64,000 nucleotides of DNA from Candidatus Omnitrophota bacterium (GCA_029560465.1 JAKQKX010000065.1:5148-69147); one strand, 5' to 3'. Counted from the stretch's first letter, positions 47,112 to 57,833 are shown. Notes: generated by a model not told the origin, from the sequence alone. Program-made: numbers and translations.

Positions 47112-48605
47112 TTATTCTTTAACTACGCTTTTTAACCATTCCTCGACTTCTTTGGAATATGGAGCAGGAATATTATTCCGTCCTATAATATGCTCGGTTA
47201 GCTGGGCAATATTTTCGGTTCTTAAAATAAAATGATGCCGCATCTGAGTTTCTATGACCGTAAAAGGCCCCGGGGCTTTCGCCAGCAATTGCACAAACTC
47301 TTTAAATGATTCAAATTCCTGGCCATCAACTTTCTGGTTCACTTCATTACTGAAATCATGGTATCCGATATTCACATCATCAGGCAGAACCTGAAGTAGA
47401 ACAACTAGTTCTTTCTTACGGGCGAGGTTTAAACGCCCCTCTCCTGTTAAATAGGCCATAAACTCCAAAGGGGCCTTTTCCCACCACTGATTCCCCCAGG
47501 ACTGCAGCAAATCCGCGCTGAGGACAGTAAAAACCATGCCTCCAAATATATAATAAGGAGGTTTCTTAAAAAAATTGGGCTGGGGAATTAATTCAGCGTA
47601 AGGATGCAACGGGACTATTTTCTCCTGAACAACTCCGTTCCGGACAATTTCAAAAGGGATTGCGTGACCAATGTGCTCATTATGAATGAGATAAGAAAAA
47701 CCCAACCGTTCATTATCTCGGAATTCGAAGGTGCCGTCCATGCCAATGGGAACGCCATTCACGGCCAGGATGATATCCCCTTCCTGCAATATCCTGTCTG
47801 CGGAAGAAAAGGGCAAAACCCTCGTGATATAAACCCCTCCATTATGATCCGTAAATTGATAAAACTCCCTCAGCGCCGGGTTTTCCGTGTTGTGATATTC
47901 CACCCCCAAGCTAGGAAATCCGTCATACTGTCCGTTATCATGTAAATCTTTCAGGAAATGATGAATGATCGGGACCGGGATCATATAACCGATATTCTGG
48001 CTGTGCCTCATGGCTTGCATGGCGACACCAACAATTTTTCCATCTTTAAAAACCGGGCCGCCACTGTTGCCGGGATTGATCGCCGCGTCGATCTGCACCG
48101 CCAGCAGCCGTTTGGATGTTTGCACATACGGGATAATTTCAATACGGGAAACCACCCCTTCGGTGATCGACAACTTATCCCCGCCCTCGGGGAACCCCAG
48201 CACGACAACCGTGTCCTGGAGCTGCGGGAGGTCACCGAAATCCAACGGGACGACCCCGTCGAAAAACCGAGGGTCATCCACGGTGAGGATGGCCAGATCA
48301 CAGTCGTGCCCGAGGGCTTCGACCCTGGCGGTATATTTCGTGGGATCGGATTCTTTCCGCACCTGGATGAAGGTGCTGTCAACGACAACATGCGCATTCG
48401 TTAAAATTCTTTGCCCCGCCAATATACACCCTGATCCGGTCGCGGAAAAACTTCCGCGCGACTGCCAAGGCCGGTAAAAATCCATTTGGTTGGACGTGAC
48501 AAAGATTTTAACAACCGAATCACGCGGGTTGTCACAATGGCCATCGGCAAGATAAAAGCACACACATCCGGCCGCCAAAAGAAAACATAGCAAGGCTTTC
48601 TTCAT
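47112..48605 (-). CDS. S1C-family trypsin-like serine protease with PDZ domains (HtrA/DegP-related)
   Basis: 497 aa with a signal peptide and the catalytic triad contexts TNAHVV, DLAIL and GNSGGPVF. A PDZ-like C-terminal half follows. Confidence 0.8.
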   Translation of the reverse strand: MKKALLCFLLAAGCVCFYLADGHCDNPRDSVVKIFVTSNQMDFYRPWQSRGSFSATGSGCILAGQRILTNAHVVVDSTFIQVRKESDPTKYTARVEALGHDCDLAILTVDDPRFFDGVVPLDFGDLPQLQDTVVVLGFPEGGDKLSITEGVVSRIEIIPYVQTSKRLLAVQIDAAINPGNSGGPVFKDGKIVGVAMQAMRHSQNIGYMIPVPIIHHFLKDLHDNGQYDGFPSLGVEYHNTENPALREFYQFTDHNGGVYITRVLPFSSADRILQEGDIILAVNGVPIGMDGTFEFRDNERLGFSYLIHNEHIGHAIPFEIVRNGVVQEKIVPLHPYAELIPQPNFFKKPPYYIFGGMVFTVLSADLLQSWGNQWWEKAPLEFMAYLTGEGRLNLARKKELVVLLQVLPDDVNIGYHDFSNEVNQKVDGQEFESFKEFVQLLAKAPGPFTVIETQMRHHFILRTENIAQLTEHIIGRNNIPAPYSKEVEEWLKSVVKE

Positions 48606-48640
48606 AAATAACTCCGTTGTTAATAGCTGGTTGTAATACT

Positions 48641-50275
48641 TTACTTAAACTGAATTATTTCGCTGTTTAGAGGCTTTGTGTTCATTAAATTTTCGACACG
48701 GTATTTCGTGCTTTCGAGAATCGGAAGGGCTGCTTTGCTGTCGATCATGCCCGGAGGGGTAACAGAATCACGGTTGGCGGGAGCAGGGACTTCTGGGACA
48801 TTCTTGTCTTCTGAAACAGAATCAGCAGGGAAATCAAACGTGTTTTGATCAAAAAGGCTTTCCAACCCGCGGAGCTGTTGTTCAATTTCAAAAATATACA
48901 TATCCCTTTTCTTCAACAGTTCACAGGTATCGTCCAGCCGGCCTTTATATATTTCCAGAATCCCCTTCACCTGAACTAACTCCTGCTCTTTCTTAAAATG
49001 GCTTTGCCGGTAAGAAATAACCTTGCGGTCCAGTAATCCGACGAGCTGATTAAGTTCGGAGATATGGGATTCTTTTTCCTTCACAACATCCTCAAGAGTC
49101 TGATATTTCGCGCTTAAAGCGCCCAATTTCTCCTCAAAAGCCGTCACAGGGCCACCCGTCCCGAGGGGAAAAAGGACCGGCCCAGCCTGATCAGAAACTG
49201 GGGCCTCGAAGCCCCCCCCCGTGGCCAGATGAACCGCCTCTCTGGTTTTTAAACGCTCCTCCAGTTGCCGGAGTTGCGACTGGAACTCCGCAATCCGTTC
49301 GTCCTTCTCTCCAATAATGCCCTGAACAAGCTGTAACTGGGCCTGGGACTCTCTCAGCTGTTCGCTTAACTGCCGGATCATGGCATCCTTGTCCTCAAGC
49401 ATCTTCTGTTTATCAAATCCGTCCAGAGACATTCCGGCAAGTTCTTTGGTTAACTCCGCCAATTTTCTATCCGTGTCAGTCATTTTTCGCTGAAGATCGG
49501 AGAACTCCAGTCGAACCTCTTGCAAGTCACCGCGCAACGATTGGATTTGCTTGTTCTGCATCTCAATCTGGGCTTCTTTCTCCGCCAGTTGCTTGTGCAA
49601 CCCCTCCGAACTCTGGTCTGTTTTTTCTGGGAGTGGTAGCCGTTGCCTTGCAATTTCCTTGTCAACCAACGCCTGTTTGAGGGAACGCAGCTGGCTGTTG
49701 ATCCGCTGTTTCGTTTCGAGCGTCTCCATAGACTGTTCTTTCTGATCCAACATCAGCTTAACCGCAAGGCTTAAGGTTTCAACATCATGGGCGTCTCGGA
49801 TCTGCTCTAATTTTGTGGCTAACGCCTGGATATCCCGTTTGGGTTTGACCATCGAGGCCAAGGCCTCAAAATTTTCCTGGTTTTTATCCGTCACAAGGTT
49901 GTTTTTTTTAATAAACGCGAAAAGCCGTTCATTCGATTCATCCAGGTACGCAATCCGGGAATTCAGGAAATCCGTTTGATCCGCCAGGTCCAGGAATTTT
50001 TTGAGTTTATATTGCTCATACTTATCCTTTAAAACGGCCTCCATGTCTGGCCGAGACAAATAGTCCCTGGCTTTGGGATGTGCCGGGTTAAGAAGGGTCA
50101 CAATCAGGAACTGATTCATGGCCAAAAGATAATCCTCTTTCTCAAGCAACCGTTCGCCCTTGGCCAGATAAAAATCAACAAGGGAATATTTTTCTTGAGC
50201 AAAAATTCTTTCGGGGAAAGTCAGTCCCGCAGCAATCATGGAAAACGATAAGATAAATATAAGGAATTTACGCAT
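48641..50275 (-). CDS. Secreted long coiled-coil protein with N-terminal TPR-like segment
   Basis: 544 aa with a signal peptide and extended heptad-rich Glu/Lys/Leu/Gln sequence. Confidence 0.5.
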   Translation of the reverse strand: MRKFLIFILSFSMIAAGLTFPERIFAQEKYSLVDFYLAKGERLLEKEDYLLAMNQFLIVTLLNPAHPKARDYLSRPDMEAVLKDKYEQYKLKKFLDLADQTDFLNSRIAYLDESNERLFAFIKKNNLVTDKNQENFEALASMVKPKRDIQALATKLEQIRDAHDVETLSLAVKLMLDQKEQSMETLETKQRINSQLRSLKQALVDKEIARQRLPLPEKTDQSSEGLHKQLAEKEAQIEMQNKQIQSLRGDLQEVRLEFSDLQRKMTDTDRKLAELTKELAGMSLDGFDKQKMLEDKDAMIRQLSEQLRESQAQLQLVQGIIGEKDERIAEFQSQLRQLEERLKTREAVHLATGGGFEAPVSDQAGPVLFPLGTGGPVTAFEEKLGALSAKYQTLEDVVKEKESHISELNQLVGLLDRKVISYRQSHFKKEQELVQVKGILEIYKGRLDDTCELLKKRDMYIFEIEQQLRGLESLFDQNTFDFPADSVSEDKNVPEVPAPANRDSVTPPGMIDSKAALPILESTKYRVENLMNTKPLNSEIIQFK

Positions 50276-50372
50276 TGTCCGCCTATTTCTTGGAATGAAA
50301 GTGTGGGGAGATTATAGCATTAAAAAGGGGCGTGTTCAAGCACCAGAATTTTTGTCCGTGAAATAAAACCGG

Positions 50373-51323
50373 CTATTTTCTTCTAGACAAAGGGCATACG
50401 AAAGGAGGCGGGCCCGGCTCTTTATCAATCACCTTGAACGACAATAGTTTAGACGCGGTAATCTCTTGTGAGCCCATATTCCAGACTCCGATAATCAGCA
50501 CTTCGTAAAGGCCGAGGCTGGCATCAGACTCAATACGCAGGGAATATTGACCACTCACATCCTTATCTTCCAGAGAATAAAACGGCGACAGGATAAGCAA
50601 TTTATCCGGCTTCTTGACGTCTTCCGCGAATTGAATTTTCAAAGGAACGGTTTGTCCTCGGCGGACACGGGTGTTGTTTCTAGGGAACAGAATATCAATA
50701 TCCGTATCTTGGGGAATCTTATTTGGAGTTCCTCCTGGGACAAAACAAATCTCATCAATCGGGATCAAAAGTTCAAACGGGTAAAACAGTTCTTGGGGCG
50801 AAACCGAAACTTTTAATATCAAGTTATCCCGGATCTCATCAAAAGACTGGAAATACAGCGCCACGCTGTCCGGCCCTGGGATAGCATGCCGGGGTTCAGC
50901 CGGGGGCCGGGCGGCACCATCCCTCCCCCCCCGCTCTTCATTCAAGAATTTCATGGCCCGGCCCTGCGTGTCCCTCAACTCATATTGAAAGACCGTCTTG
51001 TCATCAAACGGCCAACTCTGCCCGTTTCTTAAAACCGCCATATTCAATGAAATAATATATCGCATTTCAGAAGACTGCGGGATGTCTTGCGGGAGCGGGA
51101 AAATGTTCATCGCCAGGGCAGGCGGGGTTGGCATCTTAATAATTTCCGCGCGGCGGATAAAAAATTCTAAATTTTTTTCAGTATGCCGATCCGGGGGGAG
51201 TTCCGCACGAAGCGGAGCCGTCCCGACACCCATGCCCAGCCCAAAAAACATAGAAAGAAAAAATACCCAAATTATTTGTGATATTGTTTTCACGGGCAAC
51301 ATTATAACAAAAAAATGCCGCAA
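50373..51323 (-). CDS. Hypothetical secreted/membrane-anchored protein
   Basis: 316 aa with an N-terminal hydrophobic segment. No recognisable family. Confidence 0.4.
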   Translation of the reverse strand: MRHFFVIMLPVKTISQIIWVFFLSMFFGLGMGVGTAPLRAELPPDRHTEKNLEFFIRRAEIIKMPTPPALAMNIFPLPQDIPQSSEMRYIISLNMAVLRNGQSWPFDDKTVFQYELRDTQGRAMKFLNEERGGRDGAARPPAEPRHAIPGPDSVALYFQSFDEIRDNLILKVSVSPQELFYPFELLIPIDEICFVPGGTPNKIPQDTDIDILFPRNNTRVRRGQTVPLKIQFAEDVKKPDKLLILSPFYSLEDKDVSGQYSLRIESDASLGLYEVLIIGVWNMGSQEITASKLLSFKVIDKEPGPPPFVCPLSRRK

Positions 51324-51370
51324 CTAAATCTATTAAATGACTTTTTATCTAAATATATAGCACCCCAAAA

Positions 51371-51754
51371 TCAGAACCCGTCTTCTAAATTCTGTTCGAT
51401 GGCTGCGATTAACTCTTCGACGGATGAGGGTTTGGCTAGAAAAACGTGCCCCCCGACCAGGCCACAACCAGACGCCGTTTCCTCTTTTGTAATTGTGGCT
51501 GTCAGGAAAATAACAGGAATATCCCTGGAAAGAGGATGGTTCCGCAGCTGAAAGGCCACGTCCGGGCCTTCCCGGTACGGCATAATGACATCAAGAAGGA
51601 TGATATCCGGCTGGGTCCGTATAACCGTATCCATGGCGAATTCAGAATCGTTCTCGATAAAAACACGGTAACGCCCGGTCACCTCAAGATTGAGCTTGAC
51701 CATTTCTGTAAAACCACGCTCATCGTCAATAATCAGGATTTTGGCTTTTCTCAT
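51371..51754 (-). CDS. Single-domain response regulator
   Basis: 127 aa with receiver motifs (ILIIDDERGF...ILLDVIMP). Confidence 0.8.
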   Translation of the reverse strand: MRKAKILIIDDERGFTEMVKLNLEVTGRYRVFIENDSEFAMDTVIRTQPDIILLDVIMPYREGPDVAFQLRNHPLSRDIPVIFLTATITKEETASGCGLVGGHVFLAKPSSVEELIAAIEQNLEDGF

Positions 51755-51767
51755 ATCCCCGGCACCC

Positions 51768-52961
51768 TTATCTTTTAAAAATCAAGCGCGCCCGCACGCC
51801 CCCGTCTGCCATATTCGTGATGCTGATCAGCCCTTGGTGGTTATGCATGATCGTGCGGGCGATGGACAGGCCGAGCCCGACGCCCCCGGCAGCACGTTTT
51901 GTAGTAAAAAAAGGGTCGAATATCTTCGACAAATATTCCGCGCTGATCCCTTCCCCGGAATCAACGATATCGACAATCACCACGGGATCGCCGATGTTAA
52001 TCGAGCATGACGGCGGCCTGGCAAATCCGTCGTCATCGCTGGCAAAAAATTTCACCTGTGTGGAGATTTTCAAAGCCCCCCCGCGCGGCATGGCTTGGAT
52101 CGCGTTTAACGTCAGGTCCAGGATGACTTGTTCGATCCGGTTGCGGTCAATGTATATTTCGGGGACCGAGGGAGCGTATTTCTTCTGAATATCAATAGAA
52201 AATTTCTCGCACTGGTGGTGAATCAATGTCAGGGCATGGTCAATAACCGAATGAATATCCTCCGCCCGTTTCTGTAGCGACGAGAGGCTGGCAAAATCCA
52301 GAAGATCTTTAATAATCCTATTGGCCTTGACCGCCGCCTCCTGGATGGCATTCAATGTAACGTGGATCTGCTCGTCATCCGTGTCTTCAAACTTAGTGTA
52401 AAGGAATTCAATCCCGTATAAAATAGTGGCCAGGGGATTTTTAACTTCATGCGCGACCCCGCTGGCCAGGCCACCGATGACATTGATTTTTTCGGCCTGA
52501 ATCAGTTGAGCCTGCGTCTCCCGCAGATGGTTATAAGCCGCCTTCAGATCCTGCTCCGCCTTTTTGCGTTCAACCGCATAATAAAGCGCTTTGCTTAATC
52601 CGTAAGGCAGATATTTCCCTTTAATCAGATAATCCTGCGCGCCGCTGGTGATCGCCTTAAGCCCCATACTATCTTCATAGGCGCCTGTGTTAATAACGAT
52701 CGGCAAATGAGGGAACTGGTGATGGATCCGCCCCAGCGTATCAAGCCCCCGGCTATCCTGAAGATTCAAATCCAGGAGGACAACATCATAAGTATTATTT
52801 TCCAACCGTCGGCAAGCGTCCGCGAGGCAACTGCAGCAATCGAGGTCAAACGACCCGTAAGCCGTTTTCTCCAACATCCCTTTCAACATCCGGCTGTCCA
52901 CCTGATTGTTTTCAACAATCAGGACAAATAGCTTCCTTTTCATCTCAGGGCTTGTGGGCAT
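51768..52961 (-). CDS. Hybrid response regulator/histidine kinase (REC-HisKA-HATPase_c)
   Basis: 397 aa with an N-terminal receiver (VLIVENNQVDSRML...VLLDLNLQD) and H-box VAHEVKNPLATI. The ATPase boxes DLTLNAIQAM and GGVGLGLSIARTIM are present. Confidence 0.8.
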   Translation of the reverse strand: MPTSPEMKRKLFVLIVENNQVDSRMLKGMLEKTAYGSFDLDCCSCLADACRRLENNTYDVVLLDLNLQDSRGLDTLGRIHHQFPHLPIVINTGAYEDSMGLKAITSGAQDYLIKGKYLPYGLSKALYYAVERKKAEQDLKAAYNHLRETQAQLIQAEKINVIGGLASGVAHEVKNPLATILYGIEFLYTKFEDTDDEQIHVTLNAIQEAAVKANRIIKDLLDFASLSSLQKRAEDIHSVIDHALTLIHHQCEKFSIDIQKKYAPSVPEIYIDRNRIEQVILDLTLNAIQAMPRGGALKISTQVKFFASDDDGFARPPSCSINIGDPVVIVDIVDSGEGISAEYLSKIFDPFFTTKRAAGGVGLGLSIARTIMHNHQGLISITNMADGGVRARLIFKR

Positions 52962-53028
52962 GTGTCTCTCTCCCCCCTTAAGAAAAAGAATATCCGAAGC
53001 TCGGCTTTCAGGCGTGATGGGAAACGAA

Positions 53029-54204
53029 TTACCGGGGGCCGAGCAGATTGCGGGAAAATACCGCGGGCATATGTTGTTTGATCCAGTCGACTTTTTGGTC
53101 GTCAGTCGCCAAAGTCAAATATTTGGAAAAATATGTGACGGCCGAATCATAATCCCCTAAAGACTGGATCGAGCGCCCAGCGAAAAAATAAGCATTAGCC
53201 TTATCCGGCTGCAAATCAATTACCCGCCGGAAATGGTCATATGCCTTGCGATAATCGGCCATACTGAAGTAGAGGTTCCCCAGCTTGTAATGCACTTCGA
53301 TATCGCGGCCGTGGGACAAAAGCGCCTTCTCAAAAAAGTCCGCCGCCAAAGGCGCGTTCCCCTCTTTCTCGGCCTGGTGTCCTTTTGCGAGCCATAGATA
53401 GAACTGCGCTTGGCCCCTGTTCCCGCTCAGTTGCAGAGCCCGCGACAACGATCTGACGGATGCGTGGTAGTCCCCCATCCTCAGATAAGCCAAACCGAGA
53501 TATTCATTCAACTCGTAAGAGCTGTCTTCCAGTTCCAGCGCCTGCCGGCAATAATGAACCGTTTTATCATACTGCTGATATTTGTTCAGGTGGATCCAGG
53601 CCAACCGTTTCAAAATTTTCTGGCGCAATTCCTGTCCCGGGTTCATATCCAACGCAATCAAGAAATATTCCACCGCTTTTTGCGGTTCATCCTGATCCAA
53701 AACAAAGGAACCGGCGTAAAAGAATGTCTTCGGGTCTTCCGGATACAGTGTTAAATAAATCTGGGCCTCTTTTTTATTCAGGTAATAATTTTCGAATATT
53801 TTTTCGATTCCCGAATAATGATCGTGGACGGCGCGGATCGTCGGGCCTAATTCCAGGGCTTTAACAGCGTTAGGCAAGGCTTGTTCGTGCACCAGTTTCA
53901 TATTGTAATGGTTGTCGAATAAAGCCGCCTCCATCAAGAGGGACTGACTCATCCCCAAGTAGCCAAAAGCCGATTCGGGATAGCGTACGATTAACTGCTG
54001 AAAAATTTTCTGGGCTTCGAGGATGTCCTGCCTGTCCCCGCGGAATGACGTCAGGAACTCTGTTCCTCTTTCATAATAGTCTAAAGGATGCGGGGTGGTG
54101 GTGGCGCCGGCGCCCCCCCCAAAAACGGTAAGGAGAATTAGCAAACTTGCGCCTAAATTGATGCCCCTGGTTTTATATTTCATACTCCAGATGTTCCTTA
54201 TCAT
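53029..54204 (-). CDS. Secreted TPR-repeat protein
   Basis: 391 aa with a signal peptide and multiple 34-residue TPR-like repeats (AxxYxxLGxxY patterns). Confidence 0.7.
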   Translation of the reverse strand: MIRNIWSMKYKTRGINLGASLLILLTVFGGGAGATTTPHPLDYYERGTEFLTSFRGDRQDILEAQKIFQQLIVRYPESAFGYLGMSQSLLMEAALFDNHYNMKLVHEQALPNAVKALELGPTIRAVHDHYSGIEKIFENYYLNKKEAQIYLTLYPEDPKTFFYAGSFVLDQDEPQKAVEYFLIALDMNPGQELRQKILKRLAWIHLNKYQQYDKTVHYCRQALELEDSSYELNEYLGLAYLRMGDYHASVRSLSRALQLSGNRGQAQFYLWLAKGHQAEKEGNAPLAADFFEKALLSHGRDIEVHYKLGNLYFSMADYRKAYDHFRRVIDLQPDKANAYFFAGRSIQSLGDYDSAVTYFSKYLTLATDDQKVDWIKQHMPAVFSRNLLGPR

Positions 54205-54425
54205 TACATTTTATAAACTGCTATCAAAAAATAACTTCAATACTAGGGAAGCGTTTCCTCCCGTCCATGACCTATCACAGGGAAAGTGTAACATATTCCA
54301 AAGCCAAAACAAGAGCCTCTAATATTATTTATTATTATAGAAGGTCTGTGGAAGGGAGCTGAAATATACCGCATCCATCCCACCCCTCAAGTCCATCATT
54401 ATATATGGCAGGGGGGCTCTACGCT

Positions 54426-55031
54426 TCACGTGTCAACAGAAGGATTAGGATAGGCCGGGGCCGAGGAAAAATAGGATTTGACATGCGGCTTACAAAAATA
54501 GCTGATCAGCAATAACCAAATCACCAGGGGCTGCAGAAACGCCTGCAGGAAATAAGTTGGCTGCTCCCTCACAACATCAAAAACACTGGGATTCAAAAGC
54601 ATGGATTGCGCCAGGAGAAAACGGTATTTCCAATTCAAGAACAGGGACAAACCAGCCAGAGGGACGACGGTCATGGTGACCCGTCTGGCCCAAGGCCTCG
54701 CCATGTAAAGGCTGACGCCCGCCGAGTAAAACAAAAGCGGCATAATCCCGTACAGGATAAACCCGAGGAAAGCCAATGGGGTTGTGATCAGGAGGGAACT
54801 CAACCCGTGCACACGGACTGAATCCAGGATAAAAATAAAAATAATGATTGTTGAAAACCCGCCAACCACAATCATTAAACTGCTGACAAACGTAACCCCC
54901 CAAGGACGTTTTTGCATGGCAAATACCGGATAAAACCGACTTCGGGAGATGTCCTCAACGTTCTTCCCCCCCCAAGAACGCCGGCTCTCAATCATTGAAA
55001 ATGGAAGACAAGACCTACAACGGTCGTCCAA
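54426..55031 (-). CDS. Hypothetical polytopic membrane protein
   Basis: 201 aa with 4-5 predicted transmembrane helices. The start is probably internal, because the track ORF overlaps the MipA gene by about 40 nt. Confidence 0.4.
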   Translation of the reverse strand: MDDRCRSCLPFSMIESRRSWGGKNVEDISRSRFYPVFAMQKRPWGVTFVSSLMIVVGGFSTIIIFIFILDSVRVHGLSSLLITTPLAFLGFILYGIMPLLFYSAGVSLYMARPWARRVTMTVVPLAGLSLFLNWKYRFLLAQSMLLNPSVFDVVREQPTYFLQAFLQPLVIWLLLISYFCKPHVKSYFSSAPAYPNPSVDT

Positions 55032-55783
55032 AGCCTTTGTTTGTCCACCAAAGGGCTCTTCTCAATCTTAGAGCCCAATTCCTCAAACTGGACATCGGTG
55101 ACAAGAACCCAGGAGGCTCTTACGGGAAGAGCCATCTGGATTCCCGCCGTGAAATTAACAGCCGGGCCGCCTTCATAGGCTGGACGGCCAGGCCTCGATT
55201 CCTCCCCTCGAACCCCATAATAATAATCAACAATATCCTCATTGAGCCAGCTCACCCCAACCCGCGGGGTGAGGAAGCCTTGATAAAATTGATGGGACAC
55301 CAAGACCTTCATTTCCTGCCCCTGGTGATTATTAAAAAGGTCTGAAACGCCAACCAACTCCAGGCTAAAAAAGCGGTGACTCCAAAGGCAGCGGATCCCT
55401 CCGTCGATGCCGCTGTCACGGTCATCCATCCCGTCTAAAAACGGGCTATCATCATGATCGTAACCGTTAAAGCGGGGAACCCCGACCAAGGACAAGTCCC
55501 CGGATGGAAAACGTTTCAGGACGTAGCCGAGTTTGCGACCATCCATAAAAAAATTCTTATACCGACCCACGATAAGCGGAACCGGACACACATCATGATC
55601 CTTGTCAATATACGGGGATTCCGCATACCGTACTCCCAGCCCCGTGACCGTAATGTCTAGGTCTTCTTCATGGGCATCCGTAAAATCTTTGAAGCGGGCA
55701 TGCAGCGAAGTTCCAGCGCAGGGAGAAACCAGCAGGGAAAAAAATGACAAAACCATAAAACAAATAATAATGGGAATTTTCAT
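54992..55783 (-). CDS. MipA/OmpV-family outer-membrane protein
   Basis: 263 aa with a signal peptide. It has the MipA-type segment LGVRYAESPYIDKDHDVCPVPLIVGRYKNFFMDGRKLGY and a C-terminal aromatic residue. Confidence 0.6.
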   Translation of the reverse strand: MKIPIIICFMVLSFFSLLVSPCAGTSLHARFKDFTDAHEEDLDITVTGLGVRYAESPYIDKDHDVCPVPLIVGRYKNFFMDGRKLGYVLKRFPSGDLSLVGVPRFNGYDHDDSPFLDGMDDRDSGIDGGIRCLWSHRFFSLELVGVSDLFNNHQGQEMKVLVSHQFYQGFLTPRVGVSWLNEDIVDYYYGVRGEESRPGRPAYEGGPAVNFTAGIQMALPVRASWVLVTDVQFEELGSKIEKSPLVDKQRLWTTVVGLVFHFQ

Positions 55784-55807
55784 GATAACGATTGAAGAAT
55801 ATTATTG

Positions 55808-56773
55808 CTAGTCGACCGACAGGACGATTTTACCGAAAGCCCCGGGCTGCATAACGGCGTCATGCGCCAGGGAGGCATCCTTAAGTTTAAATTCCCGACC
55901 GACCACCGGGCTTAAACTGCCGTTTTGAAAATACGGATCCAAAGCCTGAAACACTTTCTGGCGCTCTTCGGCAGGAAGGTTCAAGAGAGACATACCGCAG
56001 ATAGTGGCGTCCCGGGACATCGCATCTCGGGGATTAATCGTAACTTCCCCGCGGCACCCCACGATCACGACACGGCTGTTTTGGTCCAACATCTGAAGGT
56101 CAGCCGCCAAATTCTTATTAGCCAGCATTTCAACAATAATTTGCACCCCGCGGCCACGGGTAAAATCAAGGACCTCATGGCAATAATGTTCAGTGGTGTG
56201 GTTCAAAACCAGGTCCGCGCCAAGATCCCGGAGCAAAGAAAGCCCTTTTTCACTGCCAGCGGTCGCGATCACAGCCAACCCCAGGCATTTTGCCAATTGC
56301 ACTACGGCTGTGCCAACGCCACCGCTGCCGCCGTGCACCATAACCGTTTCTTTATCAACAGCCTGGGCTTTTGTAAATAACGCGCGGTACGCTGTGGCGA
56401 AAGGGACTCCAATCGCAGCGCCCTGCGCAAAAGAAAAAGCTTCCGGGAGGAAAACCGCTTCATGAACCGAGCACACGGCCTCATCGGCGTAAGTCCCCAA
56501 ATGTGTTCCGCTGATATACACCTTATCCCCAGGGGCAAAACGGGTCACCCCTTCACCTGTTTCTTCGACAACGCCGGAGGCATCCATCCCCGGAGTAAAA
56601 GGCAATGTGATATCAAGAGGGTACAGGCCTTTGCGGATATACGTATCAACAGGGTTGACCCCCGCAGCCTTTATCCGGACAAGAATCTGGCCGGCCTGTG
56701 GCCGCCGGGACTCGACAGTTTCCAAACACATAACATCACTCTCACCAAAATTATGGATACGAATGGCTCGCAT
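55808..56773 (-). CDS. NADPH:quinone oxidoreductase (zinc-independent MDR superfamily)
   Basis: 321 aa with a GroES-like N-terminal domain and a Rossmann motif (VMVHGGSGGVGTAVVQLAK). Confidence 0.8.
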   Translation of the reverse strand: MRAIRIHNFGESDVMCLETVESRRPQAGQILVRIKAAGVNPVDTYIRKGLYPLDITLPFTPGMDASGVVEETGEGVTRFAPGDKVYISGTHLGTYADEAVCSVHEAVFLPEAFSFAQGAAIGVPFATAYRALFTKAQAVDKETVMVHGGSGGVGTAVVQLAKCLGLAVIATAGSEKGLSLLRDLGADLVLNHTTEHYCHEVLDFTRGRGVQIIVEMLANKNLAADLQMLDQNSRVVIVGCRGEVTINPRDAMSRDATICGMSLLNLPAEERQKVFQALDPYFQNGSLSPVVGREFKLKDASLAHDAVMQPGAFGKIVLSVD

Positions 56774-56990
56774 AACATCCTTTCATAAAAAAGCCGCAGG
56801 GTCTGCCGCAGCTAGGTTGATCCCATCCCATTTATGACATGTTCTCATGGCTATCCCCCTGCATCCTTTCCCCTTCCCCCTATGACGTGGGGACGGTTTA
56901 TCCTCTCCTCGAATATTACAAAATAAATATTCCGTTGTCAAACACTAGGTCAAAAACTTCATCGCTTGGTAAGAAGGGGCCCACTGTTAT

Positions 56991-57032
56991 TAAAACAAAA
57001 AAATGAGGCCAGTGATCCCCAGCCTCATTTTT
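56991..57032. terminator. Bidirectional intrinsic terminator between csp and the quinone oxidoreductase gene
   Basis: Hairpin AATGAGGC-CAGTGATCCCCA-GCCTCATT is flanked by an A-run on the left and a T-run on the right. It serves the minus-strand csp gene. Confidence 0.5.
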
Positions 57033-57051
57033 TGTCGGATTATTATATCTA

Positions 57052-57252
57052 TTAAAACTTTACGACATTTTGAGCATGTTCTCCTTTAGGACCATTCTCA
57101 ACTTCAAATTCAACATCCTGGCCTTCCTCTAGGGTCTTATAACCATCTCCTTGGATGGCAGAATGATGGACAAAAACATCCTCTCCCCCATCCCTTGAGA
57201 TAAAACCGTACCCTTTTGTGTTATTAAACCATTTGACTTTACCTTTTGCCAT
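57052..57252 (-). CDS. cspA: Cold-shock protein, CspA family
   Basis: 66 aa with the RNP1/RNP2 motifs of the CspA family ([34 protein letters not shown]). Confidence 0.9.
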   Translation of the reverse strand: MAKGKVKWFNNTKGYGFISRDGGEDVFVHHSAIQGDGYKTLEEGQDVEFEVENGPKGEHAQNVVKF

Positions 57253-57482
57253 TACTTACCCTCCTTTCTTAATTTCATGCAAGCAAATAATGGCAGAAAC
57301 CGGTACCTTTCGTACTCCTTAATTTAGGCACATTGATGAAACGACCTCAAAAAACGAAACCTAGAAGGACACCCAAAAAGTAACCACGTTCACACGATTA
57401 TTCACTTCAAAATTAGTATGCCTGATTTGTCAAATATTGTCAAATGACCCGTAAAAAAAACACAGAAGATGGGAATCTGAAA

Positions 57483-57833
57483 TCAAGCCCCCTTATCCGC
57501 CAACAACTGCGTCAATTTTTTCTCATAACGCTCAAAACATATCTTCAGGATATCCTCCATCGAGGCCTCATATTCAACAAGCAATTCCAGGCAAAGAACA
57601 ATCAAATCTCCGGTTTCCACCAAAAAATGGCGGTCTTGCTCTTCCCAAAGACTCTGAATCTCAGCGGTATGGCTAGCCATAAGCTCCAACAGCCTCCGGC
57701 TGTGGTCATTGCGGATTTTCTGGTTATACGTCTTCGATAAACCGTGAATATCCCGGATTCGTTGTTCCGTATAACAGGTCAACGCACGCTCACGCATATC
57801 CTTCGCCTCCTTAAAAATATTAAAACTGACCAC
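57483..57833 (-). CDS. Small helical protein, possibly MazG-like nucleotide pyrophosphohydrolase fold
   Basis: About 104-116 aa. The Glu-rich helices (LWEEQDRHFLVETGDLIVLCLELL) resemble the MazG EExxE/EExGD metal-binding pattern. This is weak evidence. Confidence 0.3.
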   Translation of the reverse strand: MVSFNIFKEAKDMRERALTCYTEQRIRDIHGLSKTYNQKIRNDHSRRLLELMASHTAEIQSLWEEQDRHFLVETGDLIVLCLELLVEYEASMEDILKICFERYEKKLTQLLADKGA

